Virus record (IMG/VR): IMGVR_UViG_3300046063_000041
Span: 1-40,696 of that record
Reading direction: 5' to 3' (one strand)
DNA length: 40,696 nucleotides
From: a virus
Taxonomy: Duplodnaviria; Caudoviricetes
Under the pieces are notes generated by a model, which saw only the letters and a list, made by a program, of their open reading frames with translations, had not been told where the DNA came from and did no database searches. The translations under genes were made by a program, and so were the position numbers. Position 1 is the first letter of the stretch. Every line of letters begins with the position of its first letter. Positions 1-7,275 of the stretch are shown here, piece after piece.

Positions 1-111
1 ATGGCTGAAAAGCGTGTCTGTGATCGAGAACGTGGGTAAATGCCGACGCCTGCACTCCCGGTCTGGAGTCCTCGCAGGCGTTTCGCCGTCTTCGTCGCGG
101 CTCTTCAGGGC

Positions 112-417
112 TCAGTCCGTCCATCTTTCCGGCCAAAAAGCCTCGTTGTAGTGTTTTTTAAAAGCACGCTTAACCGTGTCTGCGGAACGTGTCGCCACGT
201 CTCTTGCCTGCTCTTTGGACCGAGCGTCCTCATAAGAGACGACCTTAAGCCGATCTCCTCCGACTCGGATGTGAAAACGCTCTGATCCCTCCACGTCTCT
301 GATCTCAATCTCCAAGGGGTGAGTGCCAGTCGACGTAGGGTCTCCGTTCAGGCTGTGCAAGACGTTCTTCGTGATGGTCTCTATAAGATCGCTCTTCTGA
401 TCAAGGCTCATTTGCAT
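112..417 (-). CDS. Hypothetical phage protein
   Basis: 101 aa ORF in the leftward early operon. Confidence 0.65.
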   Translation of the reverse strand: MQMSLDQKSDLIETITKNVLHSLNGDPTSTGTHPLEIEIRDVEGSERFHIRVGGDRLKVVSYEDARSKEQARDVATRSADTVKRAFKKHYNEAFWPERWTD

Positions 418-523
418 GAGATTACTGTTGATTTGGACCTGAGATAGTGAGCGACGCCGGGCAGGACCGAAGCGACAGCTTCCAGCCTGCCCGAGTGTTT
501 CGCCCTATCAGGGCTCATCAGGC

Positions 524-967
524 TCACTCCCGCACGAGCCGGTTGCGCGTTTTTCCATTGGCCCGCTCGGTCTCCACATCCGGCTCGCGCCGCCGCGCAA
601 GGCGTAAGCGGTGGCGCTGTAGGCGTTTTTCCCAACAGGGGTGGCTGGGAATACTATTGTCCTGCGGCACGCGCCTGCGCCGGACCTTGCCAAGCAGGAA
701 CAGGCGTAGCGCCTTGATGCTGGGCTGCTCGTGGTACACTGAAGTGTTGGCAGGGCCGATGTGGCGACGGGCGCGAAGGGGCTTGCCATCCTTCATCACC
801 ACCGCCCGCACGAAGTCTGATCGGAGTCGGTCGGTGACGCGCCAAGCGCGATAGACGTATGGGCCGATTTTTCCCGTCCAGTCGACGGTGGCAGGCTCGT
901 AGGCCGTCCGGCGATCAATGGGCTGGACGTCCGCGCCGGGGCGATCTTCGGGTTTAGCTTGAGGCAT
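524..967 (-). CDS. Hypothetical basic phage protein
   Basis: 147 aa Arg-rich ORF; start overlaps the end of the upstream ORF. Confidence 0.6.
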   Translation of the reverse strand: MPQAKPEDRPGADVQPIDRRTAYEPATVDWTGKIGPYVYRAWRVTDRLRSDFVRAVVMKDGKPLRARRHIGPANTSVYHEQPSIKALRLFLLGKVRRRRVPQDNSIPSHPCWEKRLQRHRLRLARRREPDVETERANGKTRNRLVRE

Positions 968-1118
968 GCTCTTCTAGGGTGTCGGTGAGGGTGACATGCA
1001 GGTAGGCTTTAGCTGCCAGACTTGAGGTGAGGCCGATCACCTCCGCGGCTTCCAAGCGACGCTTGAGATGGCCGGGGCGGATGTCGGACTGGCGGCCGAG
1101 ACGAAAGCGTCTAATCAT
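954..1118 (-). CDS. Small hypothetical protein
   Basis: ATG at 1118 overlaps the end of 1111-1383; its 3' end overlaps the next start. Confidence 0.5.
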   Translation of the reverse strand: MIRRFRLGRQSDIRPGHLKRRLEAAEVIGLTSSLAAKAYLHVTLTDTLEEHASS

Positions 1119-1383
1119 CGGCCTCACCCCGCCAATCGGCATCGTGTCTTTGCCCGTGATGCTGCTCGTAGGCCTCAAGCAGCTCACGTATATCTGACGT
1201 GCTCATGTCGCGAGTGGCATTCATCACTCTCGCAAGTATTCTCGCCCGCCACTTTGCGTCTTTTTTGGGCTGTCCATCACGGGCGATGATAAAAGCGAAG
1301 GGCTCATCATCCGGGCCGTGCGTCACGAGCCAGCACCGATCGTTTACCCGTTCAGCGCTGTAAGCTTGGGGAAGATCATCCAT
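1111..1383 (-). CDS. Hypothetical phage protein
   Basis: MDDLPQAY...; overlaps both neighbouring ORFs. Confidence 0.65.
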   Translation of the reverse strand: MDDLPQAYSAERVNDRCWLVTHGPDDEPFAFIIARDGQPKKDAKWRARILARVMNATRDMSTSDIRELLEAYEQHHGQRHDADWRGEADD

Positions 1384-1609
1384 CGCTATCACCTCCGCCG
1401 TCGAGGGCGTCTATAAGCCTTTGATTTATCCCAGGAGGAAGTGACACGAGATGTGAGTTTAAACAAGACTGTATCGCCTCCCTCAGTCGCTCATTCTCCG
1501 CTTCCAGTTCCTGTACCATCCGCCGCAGCTCTCTTTTTTCATTGCAGGGATCGGGTAGGTCGCTGTCGCGGGTGCGGGTGCTGGGAGTCGACTGTCCGAG
1601 ACTAGCCAT
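1376..1609 (-). CDS. Hypothetical coiled-coil protein
   Basis: RELRRMVQELEAENERLREAI heptads; overlaps both neighbours. Confidence 0.65.
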   Translation of the reverse strand: MASLGQSTPSTRTRDSDLPDPCNEKRELRRMVQELEAENERLREAIQSCLNSHLVSLPPGINQRLIDALDGGGDSDG

Positions 1610-2000
1610 GTGCGATGCCCTCCCCGACCGGTGCCGGGCTCTTTGCGACATCGGTTTCGAGGGTCGTGGCGTGGTCTTGCAGTTTCTGCTGGAAGAGGGC
1701 CAAGGCTTCCTGCGGCGTGTAGACGTCTCCGATCTGGTCGGACAGGTCCTCCGCTTTCGTTTTGAGGCTGTGCGGAAGCTGAAGCCGTCGGATCAGGCCG
1801 GCCTGCACCATCGACCGAAATGTCTCCGGCTTAACGTCCGCTATAGGACGGTTGCGCGTCGAAAACAGGCGGACGCGGTGGTGTTTGCCTCGTCCCTCGC
1901 CTCCGATATGCTTCCTGATGCGCGAGAACGCGATGATTTGTCCTTCGAGCCTGGCAAAACGCAAGGTGTAGGAACCTCGTCTGGGTTGAGTGTTAGACAT
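1602..2000 (-). CDS. Hypothetical phage protein
   Basis: MSNTQPRRG..., 132 aa, first ORF downstream of the tRNA. Confidence 0.65.
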   Translation of the reverse strand: MSNTQPRRGSYTLRFARLEGQIIAFSRIRKHIGGEGRGKHHRVRLFSTRNRPIADVKPETFRSMVQAGLIRRLQLPHSLKTKAEDLSDQIGDVYTPQEALALFQQKLQDHATTLETDVAKSPAPVGEGIAHG

Positions 2001-2026
2001 AGTGTCACTTCTGATTGTGACCAAAC

Positions 2027-2060
2027 GCCTCGCCCGGCGGCAACCGGGCGGGGCTTTTTT
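2027..2060 (+). terminator. Intrinsic terminator-like hairpin, possibly bidirectional
   Basis: GCCTCGCCCGG/CCGGGCGGGGC stem followed by T6 on + strand. Confidence 0.45.
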
Positions 2061-2118
2061 CGTAGCTTCCGCTCCGTGCCCCAGGGCGCTGGTCGGTGAT
2101 CATCTCTAGTGAGTCTCG

Positions 2119-2190
2119 TGCGGACGAGTGGAGTTGAACCACTGGCTCCCGGCTTATATAACCGGTGCTCTACCACTGAGCTACGCCCGC
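2119..2190 (-). tRNA. tRNA-Ile(UAU)-like, non-canonical A33, no encoded CCA
   Basis: Cloverleaf GCGGGCG TA GCTC AGTGGTA GAGC A CCGGT TATATAA GCCGG GAGCC AGTGG TTCAACT CCACT CGTCCGC A. Confidence 0.85.
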
Positions 2191-2384
2191 TAGTCTATTC
2201 CTTCTGTGTTCTCTTCAAAGTCAGCTGGGTACTCGTAGCTGTAGACGAGCTCACCGACGACCTGATGGCCGGTGCGTTTATGGTGCTGCGCAGCGAGACC
2301 AGCCGCATTCTTTTTCTCAAAGCTCTTCTCGCAGTCTTGGCAGTGAAGAGCAGCAGCAATGAGATTCTGAGATCCTCGAGCCAT
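2190..2384 (-). CDS. Small C2H2-like zinc-finger protein
   Basis: CQDC...HHKRTGH motif; AGGA upstream of ATG; stop overlaps the first base of the tRNA. Confidence 0.75.
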   Translation of the reverse strand: MARGSQNLIAAALHCQDCEKSFEKKNAAGLAAQHHKRTGHQVVGELVYSYEYPADFEENTEGID

Positions 2385-2416
2385 AGTCCTAAGTTGTGGT
2401 GATATTTTCGCTAAAG

Positions 2417-2539
2417 CGGCCACGACGGGGCTCGAACCCGCGTCCGGTTAGCTGCCGGAGGACTGCTACAATCTTTAAGGTCGGGCAAAGCCACCTGCGG
2501 CGTTCGCAGCCCTGTGTCTACCGATACCACTACGTAGCC
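2417..2539 (-). ncRNA. Class II tRNA-like RNA with expanded anticodon domain
   Basis: Acceptor GGCTACG/CGTGGCC, Leu-type D arm (GTGG..TCGGTAGACAC), 8-bp stem AGGGCTGC/GCAGTCCT enclosing 39 nt, variable arm CCGG/CCGG, T arm GCGGG TTCGAGC CCCGT. Confidence 0.7.
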
Positions 2540-2635
2540 GTGTGCCACCCCGCTGCCCCAACAGCGGGGTAGTGACCCTCTGTGATCCTGGATATTAGCC
2601 CCTCCAGGCGGGGTTGATGTCGAAAGAAGCCATGT

Positions 2636-3094
2636 CTACGCGGCAGGCTGTTCGATGTCGGCGATCGCTTCGTCGATGCGGGCCCGGGCCTTTTTCGCGG
2701 ACTTCTCCGCGGCCTCCCGGTCGCCTTTCTTCAGCTTCCGATCCGCATCAGTCAAGTGCTTTTGCGCCTCAGCCATCTCGTCGTGTAAGCAGTCGTCATT
2801 GCAGATCTCATCGGGTCCCCAGATGAGGTGTCCGTCGCCGGCCAACTTCGGCTTTTCGTCTTCCGTCTCCATCTCCAAGTGCCGCGTCTCACAACGCTCG
2901 GTAACCAGCCAGTGGCTGAGGCGCACCATGCGGCGCGGGCCCAGCTGCGCAGGATTACACACCGAGATCACCGACCGCATGTGGCTTTCCGAGCACCCGG
3001 CCGCCACCGCCATCTCCTGTGCGGAGGCGGTGCCGTCGGCGGCAATCTCGTTCAAGGCGATGCTGAAAGAGGTCTGTTCGGCGGGTTCTGCCAT
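2636..3094 (-). CDS. CII-like phage regulatory protein
   Basis: N-terminal HTH-like segment (AQEMAVAAGCSESHMRS), helical C-terminus, position after the cro-slot gene. Confidence 0.55.
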   Translation of the reverse strand: MAEPAEQTSFSIALNEIAADGTASAQEMAVAAGCSESHMRSVISVCNPAQLGPRRMVRLSHWLVTERCETRHLEMETEDEKPKLAGDGHLIWGPDEICNDDCLHDEMAEAQKHLTDADRKLKKGDREAAEKSAKKARARIDEAIADIEQPAA

Positions 3095-3169
3095 CAGGTA
3101 GACGAAAGGCGGTGGAGACGAGCGCGAGAAGGGGAGCGTAGGCGAGGGACCTCGCGTGCAATTCGTAGG

Positions 3170-3349
3170 CTACGCGGGGACGGGCTCCTCCTCACGATCC
3201 CGCTCGCGGCGCTCAATCTCCGGGAGTACGATGGACTTGAGCAGGCTCGACACCGAGCGGTGCTCTTTATTCGCTTGCCGCTTGATCCTTTTCGCCTGCT
3301 TCCGATCCAAGCTCATGCCGACGGTGGTCCGATCCTTGGATTCGGCCAT
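3170..3349 (-). CDS. Ribbon-helix-helix (Arc/CopG-like) regulator in the cro position
   Basis: TTVGMSL strand + RIKRQANKEHRSVSSLL helices; divergent from the repressor. Confidence 0.75.
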   Translation of the reverse strand: MAESKDRTTVGMSLDRKQAKRIKRQANKEHRSVSSLLKSIVLPEIERRERDREEEPVPA

Positions 3350-3450
3350 TGCCTTGATTATTTTGTCACTGATTAAGGCGTGATTGTGGTATTGTGACCG
3401 ATGCAACTCACATCGGTTCCCGTTGTGACTTGCAAAATTGCAAAGATAGT
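3350..3450. promoter_or_regulatory. Lysis/lysogeny switch region with candidate operators
   Basis: AT-rich divergent gap; ACCGATG-N7-CATCGGT (3397-3417), TTGCAA-AA-TTGCAA (3430-3443), repeated TTGTGAC. Confidence 0.6.
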
Positions 3451-4182
3451 ATGAATCGTATAAAACCAGGATCGGAGCGCAGTAAAATACTGCGTGCCCT
3501 TCGCGAGATTGATGAGTCAGCCGGTCCGCAGGAAGTTGTCTCAAAAGCTGAGGAGATGGGGGTAGATCTGGATTACGACTCAATCCGCGGGACTATGCCC
3601 GATATGGTGAAAGAGGGGTTTCTTCGAAAGGATGGACACGGTGAGTACTCGCCTGGGACCGAACTGGCAAATCGGTTGGTAAGTTATTCGTACTTCCCCA
3701 ATGGTTTCGGGGCCGGAGATGAAACTTTGCCGGTTGATGACGGAGACAATATGCAGGTTTCAGAGCAACTTCTCCGGGCAGAGTTGGGGCGGGTGCCACC
3801 ACCGAGCAAAGCCTACTGGACCCGCGTCAACGGCGAAAGCATGGAACCTTATCTTCAGGATGGCTCCCCGATTTTAGTTGAGCGAACGGAAGATGGGGTA
3901 GAGGCCGCAGGACGCTATGCGCTTCTGATTGACGATGTGGGTGGGGTGGTAAAGCGGTGTGAACGAGTTGGATCTGAAACGCTACGTGTTGCTAGTGACA
4001 ATCCCAGTTTCCCAACCAGGATTTACACCCACCAAGGAAACGAGCACTATAAAGATAGAGAGGATAATGTCTTGAAAATTCGGGTCCAGGGTCGCGTTGT
4101 GTACCCACGAGACACCCCACACGCCATGCAAGAAAAGGCCATCCAGGACATCGCTCGTGCGCTACGTCAAAGTACAGCTTAG
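3451..4182 (+). CDS. LexA/CI-like repressor: winged-helix N-terminus plus S24 autopeptidase
   Basis: GAG cleavage site, VNGESMEP (Ser), VVKR (Lys), SDNPSF. Confidence 0.9.
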   Translation: MNRIKPGSERSKILRALREIDESAGPQEVVSKAEEMGVDLDYDSIRGTMPDMVKEGFLRKDGHGEYSPGTELANRLVSYSYFPNGFGAGDETLPVDDGDNMQVSEQLLRAELGRVPPPSKAYWTRVNGESMEPYLQDGSPILVERTEDGVEAAGRYALLIDDVGGVVKRCERVGSETLRVASDNPSFPTRIYTHQGNEHYKDREDNVLKIRVQGRVVYPRDTPHAMQEKAIQDIARALRQSTA

Positions 4183-4256
4183 AGGTAACGCTCAGCCGTT
4201 GATATGGTAGCCCTTGAGCTTGGGCACAAGCTTTAGGAGAAAGGTCCTCAGCACCC

Positions 4257-4685
4257 ATGATGAACTGGTCTCGAATCATTCGGTGGATATGGACGATCGG
4301 CTTCGCATTCACCCCGATCATCATGGCCTGCATGGCCCTTTGGTTTGCTCGTTCACTGCAGGCGGAGAGCCTCCATACCCGTCCCGATGTTATTTTTGCT
4401 GCGTTGGTTTTGGGGGCGTCGGCTTGGAGAGATCTGAGCGCACCACAACTTCCGTTTCGAGACATCACAATTCAGTTGGTAGTCCTTGGATGCGCTCTGA
4501 TCACGATATTTTCTGCTGGTGTCTTTGGCATCCAGACCTATATCCTTTCAGTTGGGGCTACTGAGCAGGCCTCCTTGAGACGAATTTTCAACATTTCGAG
4601 TATCCTCGCGTTAGTGGCTGTGGTAGGCACAACGATTCTTCAATGTCTAATCGCCCGTGGAGAGGCTACTTCCAATGAGCGTTGA
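4257..4685 (+). CDS. Four-TM membrane protein (accessory)
   Basis: About four hydrophobic segments in 142 aa; lower-GC region. Confidence 0.75.
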   Translation: MMNWSRIIRWIWTIGFAFTPIIMACMALWFARSLQAESLHTRPDVIFAALVLGASAWRDLSAPQLPFRDITIQLVVLGCALITIFSAGVFGIQTYILSVGATEQASLRRIFNISSILALVAVVGTTILQCLIARGEATSNER

Positions 4686-4872
4686 CCTTCTCTTAGACAT
4701 TTTGCTCGTCATCGGAGGCATCGGCGGAATTTTAACTCTATCCGGTGCCTTGTGGGCTTTCTTCGCTCGGCGAGACCGTCGCTATCGCGAGAAGCTTCGC
4801 GAGTTCAAAGAAAAGAGACGGCGTGTCGATGAGCAGATCTCCTCAACAGAAGAGCGAGTCACCGGTGAGTGA
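4675..4872 (+). CDS. Small single-TM protein with basic coiled tail
   Basis: LLLDILLVIGGIGGILTLSGALWAFF then RRDRRYREK; overlaps both neighbours. Confidence 0.7.
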   Translation: MSVDLLLDILLVIGGIGGILTLSGALWAFFARRDRRYREKLREFKEKRRRVDEQISSTEERVTGE

Positions 4873-5869
4873 GCCTATTCGTGACTTCCTCTATGTCGAC
4901 GACGAGTTGGTTACCTCCCTATACTCTCAAATTTTTGAGGGGGTGGCAGAATCTATCGTGGAGACGTATGTCTACGGTTCCAGCAAAGAACAGGAGGTCC
5001 CTGGCACGCCGTTCTCGGGTCAGGAGATTTCTGAAACTGTAAAAGAAGGGGGCAAGACTGCCCAGAGTAGAGTCCTCTACGATCACATGTATTCCCAACT
5101 GGAGGCCAAGCTCGAGTCCGCGATTGAGGAGCCCCCTGCTCTAGAGTTGGCAACCTGCTCGAACAGCCTGTCAGGTACTAATCTCCTACGCGTTACGGGC
5201 AACGCATCTGTTGCTGACTTCGAGTTCTTAAAGCGTATCACCGAAAACTGGTCAGCTATTGGTGACGCAATTGTGGAGGCTCAGGTAGAAGGTTCAAAAG
5301 AAGAACGTGAGGCCAAACGGAATTCTGCGAAACAGCGGCTTAAGAATACTTCTGATCGCAACGATCAGGCTCGACTGGAAAAGATTCTGGAGAGCATTCC
5401 TTCAGACGACGACGTTCGACAGCAGCTCAAGAACGAACTTGGCCTCCATGCTCAGAGCGATTGGATTGAAGAGCACCTGAGCTTGATACTGAGCTTGTGG
5501 TTTGGAGATAATTTCGAGGCCGTAATCGAACGCCCAATCGACGAAGGTGTGGCCTTTCGGAGCGCGCTGAAGGAGGAGGGGTTGCGACAAAAGAAGTCAA
5601 TTCAACGCCTTTCAAACGCCGGTCGAATCCTTAGAGGGGACTGGACGATGGTTGGGCTTGTGCAAAGAGTTCCTGACTACGCGCCTGATCCGGATGACTC
5701 TGACGACAGTAATCGGTCTCAAGGAGAAGATTCACTTCTCCGCGATAGTTTTCGGAATGTCTTCCAGAGGCTTGATCAGGTTAACGAAGTGATCTACATG
5801 AGTGGTGAAAGGCGTGAGGTGCTCGTGCGTCCTCTTGCGATCTACCGTAAACTCTCAGTGTTAGGTTAA
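4865..5869 (+). CDS. DUF6414-like protein
   Basis: GTG start overlapping the previous gene; RDFLYVD..VTSLYSQIFEG start and PLAIYR end recalled as DUF6414-like (unverified). Confidence 0.65.
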   Translation: MSEPIRDFLYVDDELVTSLYSQIFEGVAESIVETYVYGSSKEQEVPGTPFSGQEISETVKEGGKTAQSRVLYDHMYSQLEAKLESAIEEPPALELATCSNSLSGTNLLRVTGNASVADFEFLKRITENWSAIGDAIVEAQVEGSKEEREAKRNSAKQRLKNTSDRNDQARLEKILESIPSDDDVRQQLKNELGLHAQSDWIEEHLSLILSLWFGDNFEAVIERPIDEGVAFRSALKEEGLRQKKSIQRLSNAGRILRGDWTMVGLVQRVPDYAPDPDDSDDSNRSQGEDSLLRDSFRNVFQRLDQVNEVIYMSGERREVLVRPLAIYRKLSVLG

Positions 5870-6033
5870 TCTCAATAGTAAGTCTCAGATTTTTCGGGGG
5901 ATTTTCCTTACTTGAATTCTATTCCTTGGCGACGAGACGGTCTGCGAAATAGACGGTCTCGAACGAAAGTTTGAAATTCTGTACGGAGATCGGGTCCGGA
6001 ATGAATCACGACCCGTGACAGGAAAGTATTTGT

Positions 6034-6246
6034 ATGTCCATAATCCACGGGACCAATCCGCGCAAGACAATGAGTCAGACTCTGGAGGAACGAATCGAAC
6101 AGCGCCGCCAAGCGCAGCATCGGAGGATATTCGAGCAGGTAGTGAATGCGGCTCAGACTCCACTGACGAAGACGGAGGCGACCCCCCGGAAACCACAGAC
6201 GAAGAAAGGGGAGAACCAGAAGGATCTTCTAGTAAAGAATCAGTAG
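6034..6246 (+). CDS. Possible small hypothetical protein (frame ambiguous with 6015-6302)
   Basis: Two overlapping + strand ORFs ahead of a terminator. Confidence 0.3.
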   Translation: MSIIHGTNPRKTMSQTLEERIEQRRQAQHRRIFEQVVNAAQTPLTKTEATPRKPQTKKGENQKDLLVKNQ

Positions 6247-6306
6247 AGAACTCGTCAGAAACGGATACTGAGACGGAAGAGATCCCTACTTCTGAGTCGT
6301 AGTCCA

Positions 6307-6337
6307 CCCTAGTGGTCGTGAACCGCTAGGGTTTTTT
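6307..6337 (+). terminator. Intrinsic terminator
   Basis: CCCTAGTGGT/ACCGCTAGGG stem + T6. Confidence 0.75.
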
Positions 6338-6436
6338 ATCTCGATTCCGGACAAGATAGCCTCGCATCCGCGGGGATAGACTTTTACAGCACCCTTCCTT
6401 TTGGAGGGTGAGGATTGAAAGGCGTTTCCCTCAATC

Positions 6437-6649
6437 ATGGCTGGACTCACCTACCCCTTCGTTTACGAGTGCTCGAACTGCGGCAGCGAGACCACGATCA
6501 GACGGACGGACTCGCGCGACGTGCATCCCAACCCCGACAGCCTCATCGCACACGCCCTCGTCCTTCGCACTCGGGGTTGGATGCGGGACGAGATTGATGG
6601 TCTCCTGTGGTGCCCTGCCTGCATCCCCTCGGGCGGCCGTTCGGACTGA
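6437..6649 (+). CDS. Small zinc-ribbon protein
   Basis: YECSNCG ... WCPAC, two CxxC pairs. Confidence 0.7.
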   Translation: MAGLTYPFVYECSNCGSETTIRRTDSRDVHPNPDSLIAHALVLRTRGWMRDEIDGLLWCPACIPSGGRSD

Positions 6650-6734
6650 ACTGGTAGCTTCATGCACTCCGTTACCGCTTTAGGGCGAGTGCTTGTGTAA
6701 TCGCATTATACGCTCCGGCTTCACGCCTCAGTAG

Positions 6735-6760
6735 AAAACCCCCGACCGGAAGGCCGGGGG
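6735..6760 (-). terminator. Intrinsic terminator of the leftward operon
   Basis: Minus strand CCCCCGGCC TTCC GGTCGGGGG TTTT. Confidence 0.65.
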
Positions 6761-6804
6761 CACGTTTTTTCCAATGGGGGCGCTTTTTTCCAAAGGGGGG
6801 GGGG
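6756..6804. repeat. About 20-bp tandem repeat ending in G10
   Basis: GGGGGCACGTTTTTTCCAAT / GGGGGCGCTTTTTTCCAAA / G10. Confidence 0.7.
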
Positions 6805-7245
6805 TCAGTTCCGCATCGTCTCGTCCCCGCAGAGGCCGACCTCAGTCACGGATTTCTCGCCCCCAGACGCCCAAAAGCGCTCCACCGCGTCGATCGTGGC
6901 GAGAGCCTCTGCGAAGGAGAGATCCGCAACACGTTTCTCCAGACGGTCGGGGTCTACGTCCCACTTCTCGAAGAGCTGGCCAGGCGCGTCCTGGGTCTCA
7001 ATCTGGAGGCCCTGCGCAGCGTGATCCAGCGGCTCTAACATCACGCCATTCAACAGGTCGCAAAGCAGCGACGCCTGCTCGTGGGTAAAGGCAGGCCGTT
7101 CCTCCTCCAGCATCTTGTAGTAGCGTGTCAGGTCGCGGCGAGCGGTTTGGTGCTCGCTCCGGCTCCGACCTTCGCGGGCGCGGATCTCGTCGATGAGCGC
7201 GGTGGCGTTGAATTGGATCGTCGGGTAGTCGTTGGGGTCAGGCAT
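6805..7245 (-). CDS. Hypothetical phage protein
   Basis: 146 aa acidic ORF ending before the terminator. Confidence 0.75.
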   Translation of the reverse strand: MPDPNDYPTIQFNATALIDEIRAREGRSRSEHQTARRDLTRYYKMLEEERPAFTHEQASLLCDLLNGVMLEPLDHAAQGLQIETQDAPGQLFEKWDVDPDRLEKRVADLSFAEALATIDAVERFWASGGEKSVTEVGLCGDETMRN

Positions 7246-7275
7246 ATCAGGTGGTGGATTGATTCATTATCCGAT

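Noticed and set aside
408-518. 36-aa ORF filling a gap in the early operon
   Set aside because: Plausible but too short and featureless to support
2417-2539. tmRNA (3' end GGACGCGGGTTCG resembles it)
   Set aside because: Only 123 nt, no tag ORF, no G3-U70 pair, and a full D stem is present
3394-3450. Longer ORF-track starts (repressor 3394, RHH 3583, 4745, 12563, 17477, 24150)
   Set aside because: Extensions overlap neighbouring genes or control regions; downstream starts fit gene coupling better
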